Made by a program: the position numbers and the translations under genes. Shown here piece after piece: positions 25,464-34,897 of a DNA stretch of 64,000 nt. Location of the stretch: positions 28,668 through 92,667 of the forward strand of contig CAVSDD010000008.1 in assembly GCA_963726795.1 (NCBI GenBank). Direction: 5' to 3'. The first letter of the stretch is position 1. Each line of letters opens with the position of its first letter. This stretch comes from an uncultured Alphaproteobacteria bacterium (GTDB taxonomy: Bacteria; Pseudomonadota; Alphaproteobacteria; Rhizobiales; Hyphomicrobiaceae). The notes under the pieces were generated by a model that ran no database searches, was not told the DNA's origin, and was given only the letters and a program-made list of their open reading frames with translations.

Positions 25464-25919
25464 ATGCAGATGTCGAGGAGACGCTTCCCGCCGTTGCGCG
25501 TGACATGCGCGTCGCTTCTTTGGCTCGCCGCCGCCGGTGCTGCCACGGCAGAATCTCTGGGAGATCTGCGCGGGGTCTGGGCGCGCTCGGCTGCCGATTG
25601 CCGCGTGCTCTTGACCGGGCAGCTGAGCAACATGAGCCATGCCGAGGCCGGCAAATACGAAATGGTCGGGATCTGCCGCAAGGGTTTTGGCCTCATCGCC
25701 GAAGCCGTTGCTTGTGAGGTGTCCGACATCGACGAGAAAGACGGCCGCTACACATTTGACGCCGAGTGCGGCGTAAAAGGTCAGCCGGTCAAATTCCGCA
25801 GCGGGCTCTGGCGCAAGGGGGAGGTCATCTCCTTCGACCCCAGGGATTTCAATCAAGGCTTCTTCTTTATCAGCGGCGACTACATCCGCTGCACGCGTGA
25901 GTACGAGTGCGAGCGATAG
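25464..25919 (+). CDS. secreted Cys-containing hypothetical protein
   Basis: In frame with ORF 25392..25919, starting at ATG 25464 (MQMSRRRFPPLRVTCASLLWLAAAGAATA signal). I did not recognise a domain. Confidence 0.55.
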   Translation: MQMSRRRFPPLRVTCASLLWLAAAGAATAESLGDLRGVWARSAADCRVLLTGQLSNMSHAEAGKYEMVGICRKGFGLIAEAVACEVSDIDEKDGRYTFDAECGVKGQPVKFRSGLWRKGEVISFDPRDFNQGFFFISGDYIRCTREYECER

Positions 25920-26188
25920 GCAGCGATCAATCGCCGCTGCTCAGGACGTTGGTGAGTTCGTCCACGCGGGCGCGATAGACGGATGGGGCGGTCAAGGAGC
26001 CCACTTGCTTCGGCTGCTGAACTGACGCCCAACCTGGACGGCTCTAGTCGTCACGTCGCCATGACCTTGCAAGGCCCGCGCGTTTGTGGTCTCAGGTCGG
26101 CGTGCCAAGGGCGGGGGCATTGCGTGAGGCGCCACCTGCCGCTCGTTTGGGGCCAACACTCATTCGCTGAGAAGTCAGGATCTATCCC

Positions 26189-27037
26189 ATGAAGCTTGTG
26201 CGGTTTGGTTTTCCCGGCAGCGAGAAGCCGGGCCTCGTCGATGCTACTGGTAAGATCCGCGATCTCTCCGGCCACGTTGCGGATTTTGCCGGACCGGCAC
26301 TGGCGCCCGCGTCCCTCGCCAAGCTGCGCGCCCTCGATCCCACGTCGCTGCCGCTGGCCCCGGATGGCGTTCGCTTGGGTGCGCCCGTCGCCGGCACGCG
26401 CAATTTCATCGCGGTCGGCCTCAACTTCGCCGATCACGCCAAGGAGACGAAGCAGGAGATCCCCGCCGAGCCGATCCTGTTCAGCAAGGCGCCGAACTGC
26501 ATCGTCGGCGCATATGACGACGTGATGTACCCCAAGAACGCCTCCAATATGGATTGGGAGGTCGAGATCGCCTTCGTCGTCGGTACGCGCGCGCGCTACG
26601 TCGAGGAGAAGGACGCAATGGCGCACATCGCCGGCTTCTGCATCTCCAACGATCTTTCCGAGCGCCGCTTCCAGGTAAAGCGCGCCGGCCAGTGGCTCAA
26701 GGGCAAGTCGGCGGAGACGTTCGGGCCTTTGGGCCCGTGGCTCGTCACGCCTGACGAGATACCCGACGTGCAGAACCTCGCCATGACGCTCGACGTTAAC
26801 GGGGAGCGCAAGCAGACCGGCACGACCAAGACCATGATCTTCTCGATTCCGTTCCTGCTCGCTTACATCACCGAGTTCATGGTGCTCGATCCCGGCGATG
26901 TAGTGACGACGGGCACCCCGCCCGGTGTCGGCTCCGCGCGCGATCCGCGCGAGTACTTGAAGGCCGGGGACGTCATGACGCTGCGCATCGACCGCCTCGG
27001 CGAGCAGCGCCAGACGGTCGTGCCGTTCAAGCTCTAG
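26189..27037 (+). CDS. fumarylacetoacetate hydrolase (FAH) family protein
   Basis: ORF 26189..27037. MKLVRFG...NFIAVGLNFADHAKE...LFSKAPNC...DWEVEIAFVVG...MIFSIPFLLAYITEFMVLDPGDVVTTGTPPGVG. Confidence 0.9.
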   Translation: MKLVRFGFPGSEKPGLVDATGKIRDLSGHVADFAGPALAPASLAKLRALDPTSLPLAPDGVRLGAPVAGTRNFIAVGLNFADHAKETKQEIPAEPILFSKAPNCIVGAYDDVMYPKNASNMDWEVEIAFVVGTRARYVEEKDAMAHIAGFCISNDLSERRFQVKRAGQWLKGKSAETFGPLGPWLVTPDEIPDVQNLAMTLDVNGERKQTGTTKTMIFSIPFLLAYITEFMVLDPGDVVTTGTPPGVGSARDPREYLKAGDVMTLRIDRLGEQRQTVVPFKL

Positions 27038-27040
27038 GCA

Positions 27041-28400
27041 TCAGTATGCCTGCTGCGATTTCGACTTGTGCTGGTCGTAGCGCATGGTCTTGCGCGTGCG
27101 GTTCCAGTCGTCGCCATCGAGATTGTTCGCCGCCTCGCGGCTCTGCTTCTCGAGCGCATTGAGCGCGCCGATCGAGGGCGCCGGAGCCGCAGCGACGCCG
27201 GCGCTGTATTCCTCGGCCGAGCGCTTGATGTAGGTGGCGTTGTCCTCGAGCACCTTGCGCGCGCCGGCGATGTCGCCCTTGTCGCGCAGCTCGACCGCCT
27301 TCTCGCTCGAACTCGGTTGCGATCTGCGCGGCGACCTGGCTCATGACCGACTTGTTGACGCCGTCCTCTACGTCCTTGGCCGATTTGGAAAAGCGCACGT
27401 TTGACTGGGCGGCCGCGTGCGCCGGCGCGCCCTCGTTGTCGAGGTCGGTATAGTCGACGCGGACATCGGCGATGTCGGCGCCGCCTTCGTCATGCGCGGA
27501 CGGCGCTTGCAACTCGACCACGACGTAGCGCTCGTTGTCGGCCTGCAGCTGGTTGAGCTTCAGGGTTATCCGGTCTCCGTTGATTTCGCCGTCGCGTCCG
27601 AGGATGCGCGTCGGCTTGAACCCGAGCTTGCATTCGATCGTGATCGTAATGTCGCGTGCCGACACCGACAGCGCGTCACCGAATTCGCGGTCGAAGATCT
27701 CCTTCAAATCGCTGGGGCGCTCGACGAACACGTGATTGCCGTCGCTCGCCGCAGCAAGGCGCTGCATCAGGTCTTCGTTGTAATCGAGGCCGAGCCCGAT
27801 GGTTGAAACCGAGATGCCGTGTGAGGCGAGCTTGCGGCCGAGCTCGGCCAAGTCTGACGGTGACGATGGCCCAACATTGGCGAGTCCGTCCGAGAGCAGC
27901 ACGACGCGGTTGACCTTCCTGTCGGACAGGAACTCCTCGACCTGGCGGCCGCCCTCGTTGACGCCGTCGTAAAGTGCGGTGGTCCCGTCCGCCGTGAGGC
28001 GGTCGATGGCGCGCTTCAATGTGTCCTGCGCACTGCGCAGCGGAGCTGCGGGGCTCAGCACGTCGACGTTGTGGTTGAAGGCGACGATGGAGATGGTGTC
28101 GTCGGAGGAGAGGCGCTCGATCGCGACGCGCGCGCCTTCCTTTGCGGCAACGATGCGGTCGCCCTGCATGGAGCCGGAGCGGTCGATGACGATGGCGGCA
28201 TTGATGGGCGTGCGATGCTCGCGCTTTGAACTTGCAAGCGTCTTCAGGCTGAGGCGCAGATACACTTTGCCGGGATTGGTGGTTGGCAGCACGGAGCCGC
28301 CAAGCTCGGCATCGACCTTAACTTCGGCCGCTGCCAGCGGCCCGGTGAGTAAAATCGCAAAAATGAAACTGAGAACCGCACATCGGCTGTTCGTCGGCAT
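27041..28400 (-). pseudogene. secreted VWA-domain protein with a 1-nt frame break near the 3' end (probably a sequencing indel)
   Basis: ORF 27027..28526, starting at ATG 28400 (MPTNSRCAVLSFIFAILLTGPLAAA). VWA MIDAS motif VIDRSGSM...TALYDG...LLSDGLAN. After ...SQVAAQIATEFE the frame turns into Arg-rich junk. The frame of ORF 27041..27253 continues sensibly (KAVELRDKGDIAGARKVLEDNATYIKRSAEEY...). Confidence 0.7.
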
Positions 28401-28511
28401 GGAAATGCTCCTGATGAAAAAATAGCGCCGCGGGAAAACTAGCGCGAGAGCGCGGCGGAAGCGGGCTCCCGCGATGGCAAAACGAGGTTGCGACGATGTC
28501 GGAAAAGAGAA

Positions 28512-28541
28512 AGCCCCGCGCGGCATCTGCCGTGCGGGGCT
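28512..28541 (-). terminator. rho-independent terminator of the 1086-aa protein gene
   Basis: The reverse strand reads AGCCCCGCACGGCAGATGCCGCGCGGGGCT followed by TTCTCTTTTCC. Confidence 0.65.
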
Positions 28542-28598
28542 CTCCTCACTGCGTGCGGATCAGTGCGTGCGGCCAGTCAGTGCGTGCGTCGTGCCAGG

Positions 28599-31500
28599 TT
28601 AGTGTCGAACGGTGGTGTCGAAACCGATTTTTTCGTCGCCGCCGCGCGGCGCTTGATTGAAGTTCGCTGCGAGCCGCTTCCAGGATAGCTCGCCGCCGCG
28701 TCCGTTGCCCTTGAAGGCGTCGGCCAGTGCGCGCGCCACTTCGTAAAGGGCCTGCTGCTCGGTCGACAGCGTGCCTTCGCCGGCATCCTGCGCCATCTGC
28801 TCGGCGGTCTCGTTGGCGACGAACTCGTAAGGTCCATTCGGCAGCAGCAACAGGATCGCCCACTTGCCTTCGATGTCATCGACGGTGTCGGTAAGGACTT
28901 GATGCTCCCAAGCCTGGCTCGCCTTCAGGCGCGAAAGCATAAGGGCGTGAGCGTTGGCAAAGGATTCGCGCGCTTCGTCCTCGCGCGCCGAGAGAAGACG
29001 GTCGAGCGCCTGGTTGCTGCGGCGAACGCGCGAGAAAGCTTCGTTGGCTGCGACGGCGGCGCTGAGTGCGGGCCCGGAAACCAGCTCGAACGCGCCGGGA
29101 TCGAGCCGCACCGCCTCCAGAAGATCGACGGTGTACTGCCACTTCAGGTCGTCGGCGCTCAGGTCGTGCGCGCCGTCCTCGTTGGCGGCAGCGAGCGGCA
29201 ACTGACTTGGCGAGTTGGGCTTGTGCTCGATCGCCTTCGACGGGGCGGTGATCGAGCCGCCGAAACGGCCCGGCTGTTGGCCGGCCGCAAGACGCGGCTG
29301 CGAGTAATCCGCCGAGAGCGTGCGCGCCCGGATGATCGCCAGGACCCGGTAGAGCTCGCGGTGGATGAGATAGTTGCTTGCGTCCGTGCCCGTCCGCTGC
29401 ACGCGATCGAGCGTCGCGCCCGCATTGAGAAGGTTGCGCACCGTGCGCACATGATCGGGGCCGACCTCGCCGAGCCTGATCTCGGCGGTGTAGCCGGTTT
29501 TCTCGGTATCGCTGAGCGGATGCATGTAGTGGAGCACCATCTCGGCGTTGCCGCTGAGATCGGGCAACAGCGCGACGCTCACGATCTTCTCGAGCTCGGC
29601 CTGATTGAGGTGCTTGTCGCTCGCCTCGAACGCGCGTTTGGCGACGATCGACAGGAACTCGAACAATTCGGCGCGCACGAGATAGCGATTGGCGCGCTCG
29701 TCATACGCGACCGCGTTTATCGTCGCGCCGGCGTTGAGCACACCGAGTACGCGGCTTGCTGCATGCGGGTCGAGCTGCTCCGGGCGCACCTCGGACATGA
29801 ATCCCAATTCATTAGTGATAGGTCGCAGCGACTGCAGCGTGAGGCGTGCGGTCTCGAAGGTGTCGGGCAGCAGCGCATTCTCGATGATCGCCTCCAGCTG
29901 CTGCGAGTTGCGGCCCTTGAAGCTCGGGACATCGGCGAGCGGCGAGCGCACCGCATTGGCGCCGAACAAGCCCGTCATGAAGATGAGAGAATCGATGCCG
30001 ATCGCGATCGCTAGCGCGAGGTAAGCGAGCCGGTTGCCGTCCTGGAATGCGTTCAACGACACGACGAAGCGGTGAGCCTTGTCGTCGCGGTTCATCTCCG
30101 CGTAGCTGATCTTGGTGCGCAGCTCGTCGGTCTGCTTGCTCGGCAGGCCACTGTCGGAGAGGCACTTCACGGCGAAGGCAAACAGCGAATCCGTCGACTT
30201 GTTCTGCGCGAGCTTGTCGCCGCCGGCGCAGTTTGCTGCGAAAGTCTGCGTGCCTGCGTGCAGTGCAAACACCGCGGCGGCGGCCTCGCTTGCCTGCTTG
30301 GGATCGCAGTCGATGCCCGCAACCTTGGGCTTGGTAACGTCATTGGCGAACATGGCGCCGTAGAGCTGCGAGCAGCGCTGCTGCACGCCGGCCAGATGCG
30401 CTGGCGTCGGCTCGCGGCGGAACTCGGTGCGCGCGGCCTCGAAGGCTGGAAGCACACGGCCCGGATCAACCCGGCCGCCCTCCTCGCCCGCCAGATTGTC
30501 TTGCGCCATCTTGATGCGATCCTGTGCGGTCTCCTGCTCGCCTTTGTATTTGGCAAGCTCGCCGTCGATCGACGCCAGCTCATGCTTGATCTGCGAGATG
30601 CGCGTGTCGGCCGCGTCCAAACGCTTCTTGGCGTCCTTCACACGATCGTCCTGGATCTTGTAAGCCGCCTGCATCTTGGAGAGCTCCTCCATGTGCTGGC
30701 GGTACACGGGTCCGCGGCCTTCTTTGAGCGTGCCTTCGACGCCCTGGCCTTCGGCCATCGCCTCGACGCGCTTGGCGTCGATGGCCTTGGCGCGGGTATC
30801 GAGCTCGGACTTCGTCTGCGCATAGTCGGAAGCGAGCGTGGTGCGATCCTGTTCGAGCCGGCCAACCTCGTCGGTCAGCGCGGTCTTCTTGCCGGAGATC
30901 CCGGCGAGACCGGTCTGCGCGGTGGTGATGCGCTCCTGCTGCTCTTTGATGCCGCGATTGCGCGTCTCGATCTGATCGTTGAAGTAGGTTTCGATCTCGC
31001 CGGTCAACTCTTGCGCCGCGGCCGCGAGCTTATCGAGATTGGTGTCATAGGTATGCCAGCCGGCGCTATCGAAGAGGGTGCGGGCCTCCTCGGTCTGCTG
31101 ACTCGTCATGGTGTTGTCGATATCGGCGACGATGCCCGAGACTTGATTCTGCGCGCGCAGCTGCGACACGCGTTCCCGCTGGTCCTTGGGGAAGACGACG
31201 TTGAAGCGGCTGTCGAAGGAGAAGAAGACAGACGTTGCCATGCAGGCGAGGAACATCACCCAGAGCATGGAATTCTTGGCGATGATGCGCAGAGCCTGCG
31301 CATACGGCGCGACGACGTCGCTGTTCGAGAATATTGCGAGCAGTCCAAGCGCACCGGTAACGAGCCCCGCCGCGGTCAGCATCTGGATCCAGCGGTCGGT
31401 CGCGACACCGTAATGCAGCTGGTAGATCGTGCCGGCAACGCCGAGCAGCACCGCGCCTAACCCGATGACGACTATGAGGGGCGCCGTTACGCGGCTCATT

Positions 31501-31859
31501 CCGCTGCGTGATACCGTGCTCATGCCGGTGGCGAAGCTTTCGCCGATCAGCCAGGCGACCATCAGCATGACGCCGTGGATGCCGAACGTGAACATGAGCG
31601 ACAGCACCGGCTCACCGGTGAAGTTCGTCATGCCGTCCCACGTCGTCCAGCCGCCCGCGAGCGACAGCACGATGGCAGCGGTGCCGAGCAGCGCCAGCTG
31701 CCAGTTCGTGAAGAAGATGTCCTCCACGACGCGCCAAAGGCGCGGGCCGACGCGGTACAACACGGCGAGCGCCGCGATCACCACGAGTGCCAACACTAGG
31801 GGGCGAGCCGCTGCGGCCGGATTTGCCACCACCGCATCAGCGACCTGATTTACATCCAT
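28599..31859 (-). CDS. 1086-aa multi-TM coiled-coil protein of unknown function
   Basis: ORF 28599..31859, with an in-frame stop just upstream of the ATG. About 6 N-terminal TM helices, roughly 230 aa of heptad-like charged sequence (QQERITTAQTGLAGISGKKTALTDEVGRLEQDRTTLASDYAQTKSELDTRAKAIDAKRVEA...), one further TM (LAYLALAIAIGIDSLIFMTGLFGA), and a ~440-aa C-terminal region with an internal duplication (LNAGATINAVAYDERANRYLVRAELFEFL / LNAGATLDRVQRTGTDASNYLIHRELYRVL). Confidence 0.8.
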   Translation of the reverse strand: MDVNQVADAVVANPAAAARPLVLALVVIAALAVLYRVGPRLWRVVEDIFFTNWQLALLGTAAIVLSLAGGWTTWDGMTNFTGEPVLSLMFTFGIHGVMLMVAWLIGESFATGMSTVSRSGMSRVTAPLIVVIGLGAVLLGVAGTIYQLHYGVATDRWIQMLTAAGLVTGALGLLAIFSNSDVVAPYAQALRIIAKNSMLWVMFLACMATSVFFSFDSRFNVVFPKDQRERVSQLRAQNQVSGIVADIDNTMTSQQTEEARTLFDSAGWHTYDTNLDKLAAAAQELTGEIETYFNDQIETRNRGIKEQQERITTAQTGLAGISGKKTALTDEVGRLEQDRTTLASDYAQTKSELDTRAKAIDAKRVEAMAEGQGVEGTLKEGRGPVYRQHMEELSKMQAAYKIQDDRVKDAKKRLDAADTRISQIKHELASIDGELAKYKGEQETAQDRIKMAQDNLAGEEGGRVDPGRVLPAFEAARTEFRREPTPAHLAGVQQRCSQLYGAMFANDVTKPKVAGIDCDPKQASEAAAAVFALHAGTQTFAANCAGGDKLAQNKSTDSLFAFAVKCLSDSGLPSKQTDELRTKISYAEMNRDDKAHRFVVSLNAFQDGNRLAYLALAIAIGIDSLIFMTGLFGANAVRSPLADVPSFKGRNSQQLEAIIENALLPDTFETARLTLQSLRPITNELGFMSEVRPEQLDPHAASRVLGVLNAGATINAVAYDERANRYLVRAELFEFLSIVAKRAFEASDKHLNQAELEKIVSVALLPDLSGNAEMVLHYMHPLSDTEKTGYTAEIRLGEVGPDHVRTVRNLLNAGATLDRVQRTGTDASNYLIHRELYRVLAIIRARTLSADYSQPRLAAGQQPGRFGGSITAPSKAIEHKPNSPSQLPLAAANEDGAHDLSADDLKWQYTVDLLEAVRLDPGAFELVSGPALSAAVAANEAFSRVRRSNQALDRLLSAREDEARESFANAHALMLSRLKASQAWEHQVLTDTVDDIEGKWAILLLLPNGPYEFVANETAEQMAQDAGEGTLSTEQQALYEVARALADAFKGNGRGGELSWKRLAANFNQAPRGGDEKIGFDTTVRH

Positions 31860-32100
31860 TCTCTAGGGTCTCTCATACGTTCGAGGCGGTGAGGAGTCCG
31901 CCTTGCTGGGTACGCCGCTACCGCGGCGCTATTGCCACGCGATGCGTGCAGATCACACGTCCTCTCCACTTCGCGGCAAGAATTGGGCAATCCCGGCACA
32001 TGGATGGGATTTAATTCAAACTGCAGCGATCTGATGAAAGTTGGAGATCTGTGCGCGCGAGTGCAAGTGGACGCGGGCCAGTCGCGTTAAGCGTAACGAC

Positions 32101-33258
32101 CTAGACGGCTTCGAATGCGGCAGCCATACCCATGCCGCCCATGACGCCGAGCGTCGCCACGCCGAGGCGCGGACCTGCGGTTTTTGCACGCGCCATGCGT
32201 GTAAACAGGCGCGCGACCAGCACTGCGCCTGCTGCACCAAATGGGTGTCCGCGCGCGATGGCGCCACCGTCGGGATTGACGATGCTCTCGTCGAGCTCGA
32301 GCTCCTGCATCAGCGCGATCGCCTGTGCGGCCGACGTCTCGCTCAGCTCCACGATGCCGATATCGGCCGGCTTGAAGCCGTTGAGACGCTCGTGAAGCCT
32401 TTGCATCGCAGCGATCGGTGCGGATGCCTCCTCGTCGGGCGATACACCGCGCACGGCGTGCGCGATGAGCCGCAACGCGCGCGGTTTGTCGAGCTCGGTC
32501 CAGATGCTCTCGGATACGACGACGGCCATCGCGGCGCCATCGTGGAACGCGCTGCTGTTGCCCGGTGTGAGCGTGCCGTCCGGCGGCTGATAGGGCGCGA
32601 TTTGTGCCAGCGCCTTGAAATCGGGCTCGATCGCGCTCTGGTCGCGGGCCTCCTCCGGATTGGCACGGATCGGCACGATCTCGCTGATAAAGCGCTTGTC
32701 GGAGCGGGCAACCTCGGCGAGGAGGTGGGTGCGCAGCGCATAAGCGTCCTGCTGGGCGCGGCTGATGCCGAGCTTCGCTGCGAGTTCCTCGGCGCCGGCG
32801 AGCAGCGCGGGCGTCTCGCGTTCCTCGCCAAAGGCCGGCTCGAATCCAATGAAGTGGGGGAGCTGCTGCAGCGTCCTCGGCTTGGCCACGCGCCAGGGCG
32901 CAGTGGATATCGCTTCCGCCCCGCCCGCTACGATGGCTTCCGCCTCGCCGGCTGCGACCGAGCGGATAGCGGAAACGATGGCATCGAGACCCGAGCCGCA
33001 CTGGCGGTCTATGGTCGATGCCGAGACGGTTTCGGGCAGGCCGGCCGCAAGCGCGATCAGGCGAGCCGGGTTGCCGCCCTGGGTTGCATTGCCGACGAGC
33101 ACGGAATCGATACGGGTAGCCTCGAGCTTGCTGTCTTGCAGCGCAGCGGCGACCACCGGAGCGGTCAGCTCCTCGATGCGCCGCTGCTTGTGCAGGCCAC
33201 CGACGCGGCCAAGCGCACTGCGGCGCGCCGCGATTATGTAGGCGGGAATGGGAGGCAC
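32101..33258 (-). CDS. thiolase-family acetyl-CoA C-acyltransferase
   Basis: ORF 32101..33405. AYIIAARRSALGRVGG, IDRQCGSGLDAI (active-site Cys), NPDGGAIARGHPFGAAGA, GGMGMAAAFE. The start is uncertain: GTG 33258 gives the usual thiolase length, and ATG 33333 is the alternative. Confidence 0.85.
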   Translation of the reverse strand: MPPIPAYIIAARRSALGRVGGLHKQRRIEELTAPVVAAALQDSKLEATRIDSVLVGNATQGGNPARLIALAAGLPETVSASTIDRQCGSGLDAIVSAIRSVAAGEAEAIVAGGAEAISTAPWRVAKPRTLQQLPHFIGFEPAFGEERETPALLAGAEELAAKLGISRAQQDAYALRTHLLAEVARSDKRFISEIVPIRANPEEARDQSAIEPDFKALAQIAPYQPPDGTLTPGNSSAFHDGAAMAVVVSESIWTELDKPRALRLIAHAVRGVSPDEEASAPIAAMQRLHERLNGFKPADIGIVELSETSAAQAIALMQELELDESIVNPDGGAIARGHPFGAAGAVLVARLFTRMARAKTAGPRLGVATLGVMGGMGMAAAFEAV

Positions 33259-33474
33259 AGGGTTAAAGCCGCTTTCGATCAATAAACGGGACGGAATGAG
33301 GGACGCAGCGGCTACTCCCGCCTGCATCTCCATTTGTTCCAGGGGCGGAAGCAACCATATGATGGTGGCAGAAAATGGAACGGTCTCATCACGATGCGGC
33401 CGCAAACGGCTCGCGTGCTAACCTATCGAACGGTGTGGTATAGGATTTCCCAATAGAAACGCTCGGGATGGAAA

Positions 33475-33981
33475 TTGATGACTGAGGCTTCAGCAAAGCA
33501 AGCTGCCTCGCCTGCAGCGCCGAGCGATAAGCGTTTGGCCAAGGCCGTCGAACGAGCAAGTCAGGCCTTCGAAGAGAAGAGCCTGCGTTTCACCAAGTTG
33601 CGTCAAGAGGTGTTCCAGGAGATCGCGGCGACCTACACCTCGATTGGCGCCTACGACGTCCTCGCGCGTCTCGCCGAGAAGGGCACCCGCCTCGCTCCGA
33701 TCTCGGTCTATCGCGCCATCGATGCGCTGCTGGAAGCCGGCGTTATCCACCGCCTCGAAAGCAAGAATGCCTATTTCGCCTGCCGCCGGCTCGACCACAC
33801 GTCGACAGGGCGGCGGCCGATCTTCCTGTCGTGCGAGAAATGCAACGCCGTGCAGGAGGCCGACGCGGAGGGCATCTTCGAGACCATCGATCGGGTTTCG
33901 CGCACCGCGTCGTTCCAGCCCCGCGTGAAGTTCGTAGAAGTTTCGGGGCTGTGCCGCGCCTGCGCTTCAAAAAAGGATTGA
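33475..33981 (+). CDS. zur: Fur-family zinc uptake regulator
   Basis: ORF 33475..33981. Fur-like winged helix (ISVYRAIDALLEAGVIHRLES) and C-terminal Cys pairs CEKC...CRAC. It lies immediately upstream of znuCB. Confidence 0.8.
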   Translation: MMTEASAKQAASPAAPSDKRLAKAVERASQAFEEKSLRFTKLRQEVFQEIAATYTSIGAYDVLARLAEKGTRLAPISVYRAIDALLEAGVIHRLESKNAYFACRRLDHTSTGRRPIFLSCEKCNAVQEADAEGIFETIDRVSRTASFQPRVKFVEVSGLCRACASKKD

Positions 33982-33988
33982 AGGGCCG

Positions 33989-34897
33989 ATGGCCGGTGAG
34001 AAACGGCGAGCGGCGTCCGGTGTCGGGGACGCACGCGGGCAGCATCATGAGCATGGCTCCGATTGCCGAGCGGCCCCTGGCGAGGCGTGCGCGCACAAGC
34101 AGCACCACAAGCAAATTGCCGACTTCGATCTAAACGCTCTGATTTCGGCTCGCGGGCTCGTCGTCGTTCGCAACGGCCGCGAGCTTCTGTTGGACATCGA
34201 TATCGATATCGCGCCGCGCGAGATCGTCACCATCGTAGGTCCCAACGGCGCCGGCAAGACCACGCTGGTCCGTGTCCTGCTCGGGCTCGAGAAGCCCGAT
34301 CGGGGCACTGTCCGCAGGCGCAAGGATTTGCGCGTCGGTTACGTGCCGCAACGCTTCGACGTCGATCCGGTCATCCCGATGACGGTCGAGCGCTTTTTGA
34401 CGTTGGGCGGAGAGGCGACGCCCGAAGCCATCGCCGGCATCCTGCGCGAGGTCAACGCGCCCCACACGCGCACGCAGCAGCTGAGCCAGCTTTCCGGCGG
34501 AGAGCTGCAGCGCGTTCTGCTCGCCCGCGCGCTCCTTCGCCGCCCCGACTTGCTCGTGCTCGATGAGCCGGTGCAGGGCGTCGACTACGCCGGTGAAGCC
34601 GAGCTCTACAACCTGATCGCGCGCCTGCGCGATGAGCATGGGTTCGGCGTGCTGCTCGTCTCACACGATCTCCACATCGTCATGGCGCGCAGCGACCGTG
34701 TCATTTGTCTCAATCGCCACGTGTGCTGCTCGGGTGTGCCCGAGACCGTGGCGCAGCATCCAGCCTACGTTCGCCTGTTTGGTACGCAGGAAGCGCGCGA
34801 GCTCGCCGTCTACCGCCATCACCACGACCATAGCCACGACATCGCCGGCCAGCCGCAGCCGCCGGAGACGACGCCCGGAGAAACCGAAGGTGCTTGA
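33989..34897 (+). CDS. znuC: zinc ABC transporter ATP-binding protein with His/Cys-rich termini
   Basis: ORF 33989..34897. Walker A GPNGAGKTT, signature LSGGELQRV, Walker B LLVLDEP. N-terminal HHEHGSDC...CAHKQHH and C-terminal YRHHHDHSHD tracts. Confidence 0.85.
   Translation: MAGEKRRAASGVGDARGQHHEHGSDCRAAPGEACAHKQHHKQIADFDLNALISARGLVVVRNGRELLLDIDIDIAPREIVTIVGPNGAGKTTLVRVLLGLEKPDRGTVRRRKDLRVGYVPQRFDVDPVIPMTVERFLTLGGEATPEAIAGILREVNAPHTRTQQLSQLSGGELQRVLLARALLRRPDLLVLDEPVQGVDYAGEAELYNLIARLRDEHGFGVLLVSHDLHIVMARSDRVICLNRHVCCSGVPETVAQHPAYVRLFGTQEARELAVYRHHHDHSHDIAGQPQPPETTPGETEGA

Noticed and set aside
25925-26045. Short minus-strand reading frame ending ...VGSLTAPSVYRARVDELTNVLSSGD*.
   Set aside because: It looks like a protein C-terminus, but it is closed by an in-frame TAG after about 38 codons, has no credible start, and has no recognisable family. 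It may be a gene remnant but is too weak to report.
30072-31460. 462-aa ORF on the plus strand, plus 28899..30014 (371 aa).
   Set aside because: Both are antisense to the 1086-aa membrane protein gene. That gene has coherent TM and coiled-coil structure and its own start context and terminator.
32041-33285. 414-aa ORF on the plus strand.
   Set aside because: It is antisense to the thiolase gene, which carries the canonical thiolase motifs.
33406-33474. Possible Zur box upstream of zur-znuCB.
   Set aside because: Only a loose ATTTCC...GGAAAT inverted repeat is present. I cannot match it to a Zur consensus without a genome-derived matrix.
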